Shown here: in pieces, positions 9,233 through 19,412 of the stretch
How positions within the stretch are numbered: the first letter of the stretch is position 1
How the letters are laid out: each line of letters begins with the position of its first letter
Assembly: GCA_965368975.1 (NCBI GenBank)
Contig: CBDUPA010000016.1
Location: 64,001 to 128,000 of the forward strand
DNA: 64,000 nt
Reading direction: 5' to 3'
Origin: an uncultured bacterium
GTDB taxonomy: Bacteria > Acidobacteriota > Thermoanaerobaculia > Multivoradales > JAHZIX01
Notes under the pieces: model-generated
Told to the model about the DNA's origin: nothing
The model's database searches: none
Seen by the model: the letters and a program-made list of their open reading frames with translations, nothing else
Made by a program: the position numbers and the translations under genes

Positions 9233-12200
9233 TCAGCGGCGGCGGCGTCCGCGCCGACGTGCGCCCTGGGCACGCGCCTTGGCGAACAGGTCTTCCTCGT
9301 CGTCCTCACCCTCGGTGTCGGGGTCGACGACGCGGCACACGGCTTCAATGGTCGGGCTCTCGAACAGCACGATGGCGGACGTGTCCGTGCCCAACTCGCG
9401 CTGCATCAGCTTCATCACCCGCAAGCTGGTCAGTGAGTCGCCGCCCAGCTCGAAGAAGTTGTCGGTGACGCCGATGCCGTCGATGCCCAGCACCCGCTCC
9501 CAGATCGCCACCACCTGCTTTTGCAACTCGGTGGTCGGTTCCTGGTAGGGGTTGATCAGTTCCGGTCGCGGATGACCCTTGGCGGCGACGAAGCCGGTGG
9601 CTTCGCCGGTGCCGGTGGCGCGCTGCTGGCGCAGCTCGGCGGGGTCGCCGGCCGACAGCACCAGCTCGGTCTGTGCCACGTCGCGGCTGAGCACGCGCGC
9701 CAGGGTCTCTTCGACGCGGCTGTTGTCGTCACTCGCTTGCATCTGGGGCGCCAGGTCGGCCGTCTGCCAGCCCTGGAAGTGGATGGCGGTGCTGAGGTCG
9801 CCCGGGTGCACCGTGCGGCGGCCGTGAGTGTAGGCGTCGAGGAAAGCCTTGGAGGCGCGCTCCAGGGCTCGTCGCCGGCCGTCGGCCTGGACCGAGCTCT
9901 GACTGGCGAACAGCATGAAGTCGACCGGCTTGCCGCCCTGCGCGCTGTCGACCATCAGCAGGCCTTCGACCAGCTTCTCGAGTTCGGCACCGGTGGCTTC
10001 GACGGTGTCTAGTTGCAACTCGTCGCGCAGCAGCGCGGGGTAGGCGGCGTCGGCGGCGAACACCAGGCCGCGCACCTCACCCAGGGTCTCGTTCGTCCAC
10101 TTGAGTGTCGCCATCACCTGGCCAACATCGCTGACGTCGGCGCGCAGCAGGCTGGCGTCGCCGTTGCGGCCGAGCACTGGACCGCCCGTGCTGGCGTCCG
10201 GAGCGTTGTTGCCGTCACTGCCGAAGGTCGAGCGCAGCCAGGTAGCTACGTCCCCTTGCGGCTGGTCGCCGGCCGGTAGCACCAGCGCGACCTGCGCCCC
10301 CGCCCGCCGCAGCAGGAACTGCGCGATGGCTGGTGCCGGACCGCGGCTGGAGCCGAAGACGATGCACACCGAGCCGGCACGCAGACGCTCGTTGAGGTCG
10401 CTCACGCCGGTTTCGGCGTCGGGCAGCGAGGCGGGCGCGAAGTCGTGCACCCAGCGCTGGCGGTGGCGCCAGGCGACCAGCATTTCGCTGCGGTTCGAGG
10501 TCACCTCGCGCAGCAGGTCTTTGGCCAGGCGGCGCTTGTGGTCCGCGTCCTCGCTCGGCGCGTCGATGTCGATCAGGCGGCAGCGCACGCCGGGATAGGC
10601 CTCGGCGACCGCTTCCAGCGCGCCCAGCGCCGTGCTCTTGCGCGGCACCGTGCCCTCGGCGAACAGCTCCACCTGCTGGTTGGCGACCGAGATGATCTCC
10701 ACCGGCGGCAGGCTGCCGTCGCTCTGCTGGATGTGCTCGGCGGCACGCAGCAGGCCCTGGAAGCCCCACTCTGGGATCAACCACGGCTGTTGCACGAAAG
10801 TGCTGCCCGCCAGGTTCCACATGTGCAGCACCTTGAGCGGCGGCCGTCGCGGCGGCAGCATGGCGCCCATCAGCAGGGCGTAGCCGTTGGGGTCGGACGG
10901 GTTCATGGTGTAGGCGCTGCCGCTCACCTTGAGGAAGGCGTCCGCCGCCGTGACGCCGACCACCAGCTGGTTCTGCTCGCGCAGGCGGTCGACGATGTAG
11001 GAGCCGATGCCGTGCTCGTCGAGGAACACCAGCCAGTCGGCCTGCTCGCCGCCACCGGCGTCGCCGGGGATCGGCTGCAGCTGCCAGCGGCCCTCGTAGA
11101 GCCCGGGGCCCTGGGCACCGCCGGAGGTCACCTGGGCCTGTGCCGCGGCCGTCAGCTGCGCCACCTGCGCTCCCGCACCAGCCGGGGCGGTGGCGGGCCA
11201 GAAGCTCTTGCGCTCGAAGGGGTAGGTCGGCAGCTCGACGCGCTGGCGCTGTTGGCCGGCATAGAAAGCCGACCACTGTGGCTCCCGACCGCTGATCCAT
11301 AGCTGCAAGATGGCGTTGACGAGGTCGCGTAGCGGCCCGTCGCCGGGCAGCGTCGGGATGGCGCTCTGTCCCTGCAGCGGCGTGCCGTCGCTGTCGCTGC
11401 CGGTGTTGAGCTTGGGGGTCAGCGCGTCGGTCAGCGTGCGGCCCGGGCCGATCTCGACGAAGGTGCGGCCGGGCTCGGCGAGCAGGGCGGCGAGGGCCCC
11501 CGTTGGCGGTTCCTGCGCGCCCGGGCCCAGGAGGGCATTCCAGGTCTGCACGTTGGCCAGGGCGGCGGCGTCCAGGGTGCGACCGTCGCGGTCGAGCAGG
11601 GCGTGGCTCGGATCGTTCCAGCTGACGCCGGCCAGCGCGTCACCCAGGTTGCCATTCTTGTGCGCACTGGCCAGCTTCAGCGCGTCGTCCAGGCTCAGCG
11701 CGCCCGCGTCGCAGGCCGCGGCCAGCATGCCCAGGCCCTGTCCCGCCGCCGCGCGCGGCGCGTGGCCCCAGGCGCGCAGCAGGCTGGCCAGCGCCACTTC
11801 GGCGAGCACCAGGGCCGGCGCCGAATCGGACGGCGGACTCTGCAGCGCCTCGAGGGCCGGGTCGTCCTCGGCCAGGGCGTCCGAACCCTCCTGCCGCAGC
11901 AGCTCGAAGAGGCCCACGGGCAGGCCCTGGGCGACCGAGCCGGTGTCGCCGTTGAAGACGAATGCCAGCGGCCGCTCGGCCGGTTCACAGACCGCATTCT
12001 GCATGCGCTCGGCCGGTGCTTCCAGGGCCGACAAGAGCTGTCCGCCATCACTTACCACGATGCCCCGGCGGTGTTCGAAGGCGCTACGACCCACGGCCAG
12101 CGTGTGTGCCACCTCGGCCAGCGGCAAGTCGGGGTGGGCGCGCAGGTGCGCGGCCAGGTTGCGGGTCATGGTGTCGAGCGCGCTAGCGGTGCGCGCCGAC

Positions 12201-13570
12201 AGCACCACCAGGTGCTGCTCGCGCGCCGCTCCGGCGGCCTCGCGCGGCGGTGCTTCTTCCATCACCACGTGGGCGTTGGTGCCGCCGACGCCGAACGAGC
12301 TGACGCCACCGCGGCGCGGCAGGCCCCCCTCGGGGTTCCAGTCACGCAGCTGGGTGTTGACGAAGAAGGGACTGCCCTCCATTTGCAGCTTGGGGTTCGG
12401 CTTCTCGTAGTGCAGGCTCGGCGGCAGCTGCTGGTTCTGCATCGACAGCACCGTCTTGATCACACCGGTGACACCGGCGGTGGCGTCCGTGTGGCCGAGG
12501 TTGCTCTTGATCGAACCGAGGGCGCAGAAGTGCTGGCGCTCGGTGGTGGCGCGGAAGGCCTGGGTCAGTGCCTCGAACTCGATCGGGTCGCCGACCGGCG
12601 TGGCGGTGCCGTGCGCTTCGATGTTGGTGATCGTGTCGGCGTCGACCTCGGCCAGCGCCTGCGCCATGGCGATCGCCTTGGCTTGGCCCGGCACGCTGGG
12701 CGCCGAGTAGCCGACCTTGGCCGAGCCATCGTTGTTGACCGCCGCGCCGCGGATCAGCGCCAGGACCGTGTCGCCGTCGTCGACCGCGTCCTCGTAGCGC
12801 TTGAGGCAGATCACGCCGACCGCGTTGCCGGGGAGTGTGCCGGTAGCGCGATGGTCGAAGGTGCGGCAGTGACCGTCGGTAGAGAAGTAGCCGGCCGGAT
12901 CGTAGATGTAGCCACACTTCTGCGGCACGCGGACCGAGGCGCCGCCGGCCAGCGCGATGTCGCACTGGTAGTTGAGCAGGCTCTGGCAGGCCGTGGTGAT
13001 GGCCACCAGCGACGTCGAGCAAGCGGTCTGGATGTTGAGACTGGGGCCGCGCAGGTTGAGCTTGTAGGAGACGCGTGTGGTGAGGTAGTCGTTCATGCTG
13101 CCGATGGTCGACTGCATCTCACCGGCTGCCGAGTCATCGAGCCGCGCCAGACCGGTACCGTTGAGGTACGAGCTGGGCGTCGCACCGGCGAACACACCGA
13201 CCGAGCCCTCGTAGGTCGACGGATCGTAGCCCGCGCGCTCCAGCGCTTCCCAGCAGCACTCCAGGAAGAAGCGCTGCTGCGGGTCCATCATCTCGGCTTC
13301 CTTGGGCGAGAAGTTGAAGAAGGCGGCGTCGAACTTGTCGATGTCCGGCAGGATCGAGGCAGCGCCGACGTAGTTCTCGTCGTCGATCATCGCTTCCGGC
13401 ACGCCATCGGCGATCATCTGCTCACGGGTGAAGAAGGTGACCAGCTCGTCGCCGTTCTTCAAGTGCTGCCACAACTCGTCGAGGTCACGGCTGCCCGGAT
13501 AGCGGCCGGCCATGCCGACAATGGCGATGGTCTGCATCGGGTCGAAGTCACTGTTGTGTTCGGTACTCAA
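9233..13570 (-). CDS. Type I PKS KS-(degenerate AT)-(degenerate KR)-ACP
   Basis: KS: QTACSTSL, EAHGTAT, KSNLGHT. The AT site reads GQGLG instead of GHSxG. The KR region has FGSSRG and no catalytic Tyr. ACP: FFELGGDSL. TTG at 13570 follows GAGGAG. Confidence 0.9.
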   Translation of the reverse strand: MSTEHNSDFDPMQTIAIVGMAGRYPGSRDLDELWQHLKNGDELVTFFTREQMIADGVPEAMIDDENYVGAASILPDIDKFDAAFFNFSPKEAEMMDPQQRFFLECCWEALERAGYDPSTYEGSVGVFAGATPSSYLNGTGLARLDDSAAGEMQSTIGSMNDYLTTRVSYKLNLRGPSLNIQTACSTSLVAITTACQSLLNYQCDIALAGGASVRVPQKCGYIYDPAGYFSTDGHCRTFDHRATGTLPGNAVGVICLKRYEDAVDDGDTVLALIRGAAVNNDGSAKVGYSAPSVPGQAKAIAMAQALAEVDADTITNIEAHGTATPVGDPIEFEALTQAFRATTERQHFCALGSIKSNLGHTDATAGVTGVIKTVLSMQNQQLPPSLHYEKPNPKLQMEGSPFFVNTQLRDWNPEGGLPRRGGVSSFGVGGTNAHVVMEEAPPREAAGAAREQHLVVLSARTASALDTMTRNLAAHLRAHPDLPLAEVAHTLAVGRSAFEHRRGIVVSDGGQLLSALEAPAERMQNAVCEPAERPLAFVFNGDTGSVAQGLPVGLFELLRQEGSDALAEDDPALEALQSPPSDSAPALVLAEVALASLLRAWGHAPRAAAGQGLGMLAAACDAGALSLDDALKLASAHKNGNLGDALAGVSWNDPSHALLDRDGRTLDAAALANVQTWNALLGPGAQEPPTGALAALLAEPGRTFVEIGPGRTLTDALTPKLNTGSDSDGTPLQGQSAIPTLPGDGPLRDLVNAILQLWISGREPQWSAFYAGQQRQRVELPTYPFERKSFWPATAPAGAGAQVAQLTAAAQAQVTSGGAQGPGLYEGRWQLQPIPGDAGGGEQADWLVFLDEHGIGSYIVDRLREQNQLVVGVTAADAFLKVSGSAYTMNPSDPNGYALLMGAMLPPRRPPLKVLHMWNLAGSTFVQQPWLIPEWGFQGLLRAAEHIQQSDGSLPPVEIISVANQQVELFAEGTVPRKSTALGALEAVAEAYPGVRCRLIDIDAPSEDADHKRRLAKDLLREVTSNRSEMLVAWRHRQRWVHDFAPASLPDAETGVSDLNERLRAGSVCIVFGSSRGPAPAIAQFLLRRAGAQVALVLPAGDQPQGDVATWLRSTFGSDGNNAPDASTGGPVLGRNGDASLLRADVSDVGQVMATLKWTNETLGEVRGLVFAADAAYPALLRDELQLDTVEATGAELEKLVEGLLMVDSAQGGKPVDFMLFASQSSVQADGRRRALERASKAFLDAYTHGRRTVHPGDLSTAIHFQGWQTADLAPQMQASDDNSRVEETLARVLSRDVAQTELVLSAGDPAELRQQRATGTGEATGFVAAKGHPRPELINPYQEPTTELQKQVVAIWERVLGIDGIGVTDNFFELGGDSLTSLRVMKLMQRELGTDTSAIVLFESPTIEAVCRVVDPDTEGEDDEEDLFAKARAQGARRRGRRRR

Positions 13571-13743
13571 GGCGCTGCTCCTCAAGGAAACCCCAGGTCG
13601 CGAGCCGTGCCGCTGCAGGTCAGGCCGCGCGAGGCCGGGAGGTCAGGTCCCGGGCCAGGGAAGAATCGGGTCGTTCAAGATCGGATCAGGTCATTCGGGC
13701 AATCGAGCCATTCAGGTTAATTCAGAGTCTCGGGCGGATCGAA

Positions 13744-15144
13744 TCAGTCGTCGTCCTCGGGCGGCAGCTCCCAGGCCTCGGCCCCCAGCGTCACCGGTTG
13801 CCGGCTCTCCTGGGCGTTGTACGCATCCCAGTCGATCCTGACACCGGCCAGCCAAAGTCGCGACACCGTGGAATGCAGCCAGCGCGACGCCGGCAGGGTG
13901 TCGCCGGGGTGTGGAATCGACGTCAAGTGCTGCTCGTCACTCTTCTCGGTCGTGCTCGGCGCCTGCGCCGCCAGCGTGGTCAGCGCGCGTCCGGGGCCCG
14001 CTTCGAGCAGGATCTGGCGCGTCTGTCCGGCGCGTACCGTCGCCAGGCCATCGGCGAAGCGCACCGTCTCGCGCAGGTGGCGCACCCAGTAGTCGGGGTT
14101 GAGCGCTTCGGCGTCAGTGGCCCAGGTGCCGGTGACGTTGGAGAGATACGGGATGGTGGGCGACGACAGGTGCAGTCCATCGTGCAGGCTGCTGCGGAAC
14201 TCATCCAGGATCGGGTCGACCATGGTCGAGTGTCCCGCGGCCTTGATGGCCAGCATGCGCACCTCGTGGCCGCGCAGTTCCAACATCGCCTGCAGCTCTT
14301 GTACCCGCTCTTCCGGTCCCGAGACGACGCAGCGCGCCGGCCCGTTGACCGCCGCGATGTCCAAGCCGCCGAGCAGAGGTCGCACCTCGGCCTCCGGCAT
14401 CGGCACGCTGAGCATGGCGCCGCCCGGCAGGTTCTCGATCAGTCGTCCGCGCAGCGCCACCAGTAGCACCGCGTCGTCCAGCGTCAAGACGCCGGAGAGA
14501 TTCGCCGCCACGTACTCACCCAGGCTGTGCCCGAGCATCGCCCGCGGTGTCACGCCCCAGGACAACCACAGCTTGGCCATGGCGTACGAGGTCGAGAACA
14601 GTGCCGGCAAGGCGACCGACGTGCGCCGGATGGCGGCCTTGGCGGCGTCGAGATGGGCTGGGTCAGGGTAGAGCGTGCCACGCAGGTCGAAACCCAGGTG
14701 CGGTTCGAACAGCTCGGCACAGCGGTCGATCTCGCGTCGGAACACGGGCTCGGAAGCGTACAGCTCGACGCCCATGTTGACGTACTGGGTGCCGCCGCCC
14801 GGGAACAGGAAGACCACCGGTAGCTCGTTTTTGCGCAAGGCCGTGCGCAGTCGCTGCGGGTCACGCTCGTCGAGAGCGCCGATGGCGTCGCCGTGCTGCT
14901 GGAAGAGCAGTGCCGCTCGGTGCGACAACCCTCGCTCGCCACGCTGGAAGGCGTACGCGACGTCACCTGCTGCCAGCTCGGGATGGTCCTCGACGAAATT
15001 GGCCACCGCGTCCGCGGCGTCGTCGAGGCCCTCGACACCGTCGCCGGAAAAGGGCAACACATGCCAGGAGCGTGCTTCCACAGAAGGAAGCTCCGCCACC
15101 GGTCGGATCCTCGGATCCGCCGTCGGATTCTGGCCTTCGCTCAT
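13744..15144 (-). CDS. Stand-alone PKS acyltransferase with KS-AT linker remnant
   Basis: VFLFPGGGTQY, GHSLGEY active site, IAAVNGP, AAGHS, YWVRHLRETVRF, LEAGPG. No KS or ACP. Confidence 0.9.
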   Translation of the reverse strand: MSEGQNPTADPRIRPVAELPSVEARSWHVLPFSGDGVEGLDDAADAVANFVEDHPELAAGDVAYAFQRGERGLSHRAALLFQQHGDAIGALDERDPQRLRTALRKNELPVVFLFPGGGTQYVNMGVELYASEPVFRREIDRCAELFEPHLGFDLRGTLYPDPAHLDAAKAAIRRTSVALPALFSTSYAMAKLWLSWGVTPRAMLGHSLGEYVAANLSGVLTLDDAVLLVALRGRLIENLPGGAMLSVPMPEAEVRPLLGGLDIAAVNGPARCVVSGPEERVQELQAMLELRGHEVRMLAIKAAGHSTMVDPILDEFRSSLHDGLHLSSPTIPYLSNVTGTWATDAEALNPDYWVRHLRETVRFADGLATVRAGQTRQILLEAGPGRALTTLAAQAPSTTEKSDEQHLTSIPHPGDTLPASRWLHSTVSRLWLAGVRIDWDAYNAQESRQPVTLGAEAWELPPEDDD

Positions 15145-15436
15145 TCCAAGGTCTCCTCCCCGTACCCCCTAGTATCTACACCCGCAAGGCGGGCGCCGTG
15201 GTGGCAGCGGGTGATGCAAAGCAAGTCAGAGCAAGAGAATAACGGCCGCGCATCAGGGTTTGGGGTGGGGCGCGGTGCGTTGACCCATCCGGCTTTGGGG
15301 CCTCATCCAGCACCGCCGCGCGCGTCCTCGCCTGGCTACCGCTCCGCTGGTGGGTAAGCGGCGCGCCAGGGTATCAGCGACTGTAGACCATGCTCGGTAT
15401 CAGGTCAAGGAAGGGAGGTGCCAGGGAGGTGTCGCG

Positions 15437-16153
15437 TTACCGTGCTCCGCCCTCGAACCGATCCAACACTCGACGCACGTAGTTTCGTGTCTCCCGGTAG
15501 GGCGGAATGCCACCATGACGATCGACGGCTCCCTCGCCCGCGTTGTAGCCGGCGAGGATGCGGGGGAGGTCGTCGTCGAAGCGCTTGCGCAGCCAGGCCA
15601 GGTAGGTGACGCCGGCTTCCAGATTGCGACGAGGGTCGAAGAGTTCGTGCGTGCGCACGCCGAAGCGTTCGGCGGTGGCGGGCATGAGTTGCATCAGGCC
15701 GCGCGCGCCCTTGACGGACACGGCTCGAGGGTCGAAAGCGGACTCGGCGGCGACGACGGCGGCGACGAGGTCGGCGTTGAGACCGTGACGCTGGGCAGTG
15801 GCGTGGATCAGCTGGCCGTAGGGAGTTTCGGGGACCGGGAGGTGGGCCAGGAAGTCGAGGTTGGGTCTAGTGACCTCGGGCTCGGGTGGTGGCTCGGGGA
15901 CGATCTCGTCGTCGACGATGCGCTCGACGGCTGTGACGGGCAGGGTGACGGCGCCGCCGGACGGTAGCGTGAACTCGAAGCGGCTGCCGTCGTCGAGCAG
16001 CTGGAACGCGTCGACCTTCATCACCCGACCGTGGTGCATCACCACCAGCTCGGCGCTCGAGGGCAGCGTCGGAGCGAGCAAGGCGGCAGTGACGAGCGGC
16101 AGGAGCCGGCGCACGATCTGCGGCAAAGGCAGCTTCAACAAGGGCAGCTTCAT
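15437..16153 (-). CDS. Lytic transglycosylase (SLT domain), probably exported
   Basis: AVVAAESAFDPRAVSVKGARGLMQLMP and AGYNAGEGAV motifs, with a hydrophobic N-terminus from ATG 16153. Confidence 0.9.
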   Translation of the reverse strand: MKLPLLKLPLPQIVRRLLPLVTAALLAPTLPSSAELVVMHHGRVMKVDAFQLLDDGSRFEFTLPSGGAVTLPVTAVERIVDDEIVPEPPPEPEVTRPNLDFLAHLPVPETPYGQLIHATAQRHGLNADLVAAVVAAESAFDPRAVSVKGARGLMQLMPATAERFGVRTHELFDPRRNLEAGVTYLAWLRKRFDDDLPRILAGYNAGEGAVDRHGGIPPYRETRNYVRRVLDRFEGGAR

Positions 16154-16222
16154 TAATGACAGTATACGTGCGGGGTGTCGAGGCTGTTTGCCGTAGTCTG
16201 TCTGATCGCCGCGAGAGGCACC

Positions 16223-16257
16223 AAAAAAAGCGGACCCCGGTTGGCCGGAAGCCCGCT
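16223..16257 (-). terminator. Rho-independent terminator of the YVTN gene
   Basis: Minus strand reads GCGGGCTTCCGG-CCAA-CCGGGGTCCGC followed by a run of seven T. Confidence 0.75.
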
Positions 16258-16307
16258 CAAGAGACACGGAAGCGTTGTTGATTCTGGATCTTGTGGTTGC
16301 GCCGCCG

Positions 16308-17351
16308 TCAGCTGTCTTGCAGCACGGTGACGCTGGCGCCGTAGGTGTTGGCGACGTAGATGCGGCCGTTGTCCGGGTTGGCGCACACCCACTCCGGGCC
16401 CTGGCCGACGCTGACGGTGGCGATCACCTGGTTGGTGGCGCCGTCGAAGGCGGTCATGGTGTTGTCGAAGTAGTTCGAGGTGTAGACGTGGTTCAGCGTC
16501 TCGTTGACCGCGATCACCTGCGGGTAGCCGCCGACCGGAACTGTGGCGACCTGCTGGTTGGTGCTGCCGTCGAACACTTGGACGTTGCTCTCCAGCAGGC
16601 TGGAGGCGTAGATCATGTTGGTCTTCGAGTTGACGGCGACGCCACAGGCGTTCAGTTCCAGCGGGATGCGGGTCTCGATCGTGTTCGTGGCGCCGTCGAT
16701 CACGAACAGTCCGAAGCCGGTCCAGGCGCCGTCGTAGATCACCACGTAGACCTTGTTGGTCACCGGGTTGCAGGCGATGTAGTACGAACCGACGCCGATC
16801 GAGAAGCTGGTGATCTGCGTGTTGCTGGAGGTGTCGATCACCGCCACGCCGCCGCCATTGCCGTTGAGCGAGACGTAGGCCCGGTTGGTCTTCGGGTTGA
16901 CCGCGACGCCCCAATCGGTGGGGGAGCCGTTGAGCGGGATCTGCTTTTGCAGGCTGTTCGTGGCACCGTCGACCACGCCGAGTGCGAAGTCCCACCAGTT
17001 GCACACGTAGATCTTGTTGGTCTGCGTGTTGATGTCCATGCCCTGGCTCTGGGTGTCGACGCTGAAGGTCTTGGTCACCTGGTTGGTGTTGGTGTCGATC
17101 ACCGACATGCTGGCGTACATGTCGACCACGTAGAGCTCTTTAGTGTTCGGGTTGACCACGCAGCTCTGCGGATGCCCGCCGACGTTGATCGTCGCCACCG
17201 TGCTGATCGAGCCCGACGCGGCGTCCGCTTGCAGGTTGGGCTGGCCGTGGTGGCGCTGGTGCGCGGCTTTCAGGTAGCTGGGGCCGGTGCCGGCGGACCA
17301 GCGGGCATGCGGACGGGCGGGGGATGCGGTATCGCTCGGATAGTCGGTCAT
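16308..17351 (-). CDS. YVTN/YncE-type beta-propeller repeat protein
   Basis: About seven ~42-aa repeats of the form VAVNPxTNxxYVxN...VIDGATNxVxxxIPVG. Confidence 0.88.
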   Translation of the reverse strand: MTDYPSDTASPARPHARWSAGTGPSYLKAAHQRHHGQPNLQADAASGSISTVATINVGGHPQSCVVNPNTKELYVVDMYASMSVIDTNTNQVTKTFSVDTQSQGMDINTQTNKIYVCNWWDFALGVVDGATNSLQKQIPLNGSPTDWGVAVNPKTNRAYVSLNGNGGGVAVIDTSSNTQITSFSIGVGSYYIACNPVTNKVYVVIYDGAWTGFGLFVIDGATNTIETRIPLELNACGVAVNSKTNMIYASSLLESNVQVFDGSTNQQVATVPVGGYPQVIAVNETLNHVYTSNYFDNTMTAFDGATNQVIATVSVGQGPEWVCANPDNGRIYVANTYGASVTVLQDS

Positions 17352-17432
17352 TGCTCTCTCGGCCTTTCTCTTGTCTCTTGGAAGCGCAATCCCGGTCGCT
17401 ATTGGACCGTTTTCGTTGGTACCCAGATATAG

Positions 17433-17449
17433 AGCAAGGGAGATGCCAG
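17433..17449 (-). promoter_or_regulatory. Putative sigma-54 (-24/-12) promoter of the YVTN gene
   Basis: Minus strand CTGGCATCTCCCTTGCT matches TGGCA-N6-TTGC (GG-N10-GC), about 80 bp upstream of the ATG. Confidence 0.6.
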
Positions 17450-17516
17450 CTCCGCGAAGAGGCGGAACTTGTTGACTGTCAGTGACTTGACGGAATTCTA
17501 GGATGTCAGGCGGGAT

Positions 17517-17557
17517 GTCGATCGACGTCGAAACTCGGCGGCTCGACGTCGATCGAC
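17517..17557. terminator. 15-bp perfect inverted repeat downstream of patatin 1 (terminator or RNA-stability hairpin)
   Basis: GTCGATCGACGTCGA (17517-17531) and TCGACGTCGATCGAC (17543-17557). No clear U-tract. Confidence 0.45.
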
Positions 17558-17570
17558 GTTGGGGAGGGGT

Positions 17571-19313
17571 TCAGAGGTGCAGCCAGTCGTTGAGCGCGCC
17601 GCGGACGAAGAAGGTCTTGACCGCCTTGCGCGCGACCCACTTCCAGCCGAGATCGAGCGTGATCTGGTCATAGCGCTCGAGCAGGGCGTCGCGCAGGTCG
17701 CGCCGCGAGTACTCGTCGACGTCTTCGATGCCGACGTCGGGGAAGGTCCGGTGCCAGCTGTCGGGGATGTCGTAGTCCTGGTGAATGCTCGGATCTTGCG
17801 GTGGCATCGCCGGCGGGTCGTCCGGGTCCGCCGGTTCGTGCCCATAGGAGGCGCCGAGGATGCCCTGCAGCGCCTCGAACGCCTGCGTGCGGCCGATCCG
17901 GTAGTCGTACTCGCGCCAGTCTTGCTGGAAGAAACCGATGAAGCCGGCGAACTCGTCGCCCGCGAGGCGGCTGTCACTGACGCCGATCTGGTGCATGTTG
18001 ATTTCGGATTTGTCGGCCAGGTGCGAAATATAATTCAGGATAAGGGTCGTCAAGTTGAGGATTCTTCGTTTTTCGGCGCTTTCGAGCTGGGCTGATGCGG
18101 CGTCGATGACCGGCACCTCGCGCACGGCGCGCAGACTGCGGTCGAGGTCCAGGTCGACGCCGGTGCGGGCGGCTTCGGTCGCCAGGACGTCGCTGGCCAG
18201 GCGTTCTAGTTGTTCCGCGTAGGACTGACTCTGAGACGTCGGCAGCTGGTCCAGCAGGCCACTCAGCTGCTCGACCAGGCGATCGCGCCAGCCGATCTCG
18301 ATGTTGTGACGCCCGGCGCGCATCCAGTCGCGCGCCGTACTCTCGCCGCGGATCATCTGGAGCAGGCGCCAGCCATGCTGACGCAAGGTGCCGTCGGAGG
18401 AGATGTCGGCCTGGTGCCGGGACCGGTTGATGCTCGGATCGACCAGCAGGTAGATACGGTCGGGATTGGCGCCGCCGTCCGCCTGGCGGGCGCGGTCGAT
18501 CGCTTCGCCCAGCGGTTCGTTGTTGAACAGGCCGCCGTCGATGAAGCACAGGCCGCGCTCGAACAGCGCGGAGTCTTTCCGCTCCAGGGCATCCGGATAG
18601 GCGGCGATGGGACGCACCAGCTGTTCCGGCTGGAAGGCCAGCGGGAAGTTGCCACAGGCGACGGCGGTGCGCGCCAGGTGATCCCAGCTGCTGGCGATGC
18701 GTTCCGCCGCGGTGGCATGGAAGGCGTGCACGCGGTCGTCGCCGGCATCGTGCTCGATCTCGAAGCGACCCATGTCCGAGAACAGGGTAGTGACGAAGCT
18801 GTTGCCGGCCAGCGCGGGCACGGCATAGGTCATGCCGTGCATGTTGCTCAGCGACAGCGACAAGCGCAGCACCTCGGGCGCGAAGCTGGCCGGAGTCACC
18901 GGTGGCTGGTCGGCGTCGCTCAGCACCAGGTTGTGGATGATCTCGAACAGGGCCTGCTTGGAGAGCAGCGCGTTGGTCGGCGCCTTGTCCAGGAGCTTGC
19001 GGATGTCGATGTCCCGGACCCAGGCGCGGTGCAAGTGGCGCCGTCGCCCGGGTAGGTCGTACATCAGGATCCGCGCCGCCAGCGCCGCCGTCATGCCCCC
19101 GGCCGAGCCGCCGGTCATGACGTCCAGCTCGTAGTGGATGCCGGTCGCCCGCGTGCGGCGGTTCAGCGTGTCGAGAGCGTAGAGCAACTCCGTCACCACG
19201 CCCGCTTCGAAGCTGCCGAGCGACACCCCGCCGGCCATCACCAGTGCAATCTTGACGGTGCGGACCGACGGATCGTCGAATGTCGGTGTGTTCTCGCGTT
19301 GTTGATCGGGCAT
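17571..19313 (-). CDS. Patatin-like phospholipase family protein (paralog 1)
   Basis: AGGVSLGSF oxyanion motif, TGGSAGG nucleophile elbow, FIDGGLFNN. Confidence 0.88.
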   Translation of the reverse strand: MPDQQRENTPTFDDPSVRTVKIALVMAGGVSLGSFEAGVVTELLYALDTLNRRTRATGIHYELDVMTGGSAGGMTAALAARILMYDLPGRRRHLHRAWVRDIDIRKLLDKAPTNALLSKQALFEIIHNLVLSDADQPPVTPASFAPEVLRLSLSLSNMHGMTYAVPALAGNSFVTTLFSDMGRFEIEHDAGDDRVHAFHATAAERIASSWDHLARTAVACGNFPLAFQPEQLVRPIAAYPDALERKDSALFERGLCFIDGGLFNNEPLGEAIDRARQADGGANPDRIYLLVDPSINRSRHQADISSDGTLRQHGWRLLQMIRGESTARDWMRAGRHNIEIGWRDRLVEQLSGLLDQLPTSQSQSYAEQLERLASDVLATEAARTGVDLDLDRSLRAVREVPVIDAASAQLESAEKRRILNLTTLILNYISHLADKSEINMHQIGVSDSRLAGDEFAGFIGFFQQDWREYDYRIGRTQAFEALQGILGASYGHEPADPDDPPAMPPQDPSIHQDYDIPDSWHRTFPDVGIEDVDEYSRRDLRDALLERYDQITLDLGWKWVARKAVKTFFVRGALNDWLHL

Positions 19314-19412
19314 GGCGCGGATTCCTTTCTGACTCCGAGGGTCCTGCGATCTAGGTTGCGTGAGACGGATACGTTTCGCGAGCCAGCCTGCGACCGGCTC
19401 ACCGCCGAGGTT

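Noticed and set aside
11603-13720. Long antisense ORFs opposite PKS, peptidase and NRPS genes (also 7800-9548, 44953-47211, 60856-62643)
   Set aside because: Shadow ORFs typical of high-GC DNA, with no recognisable motifs.
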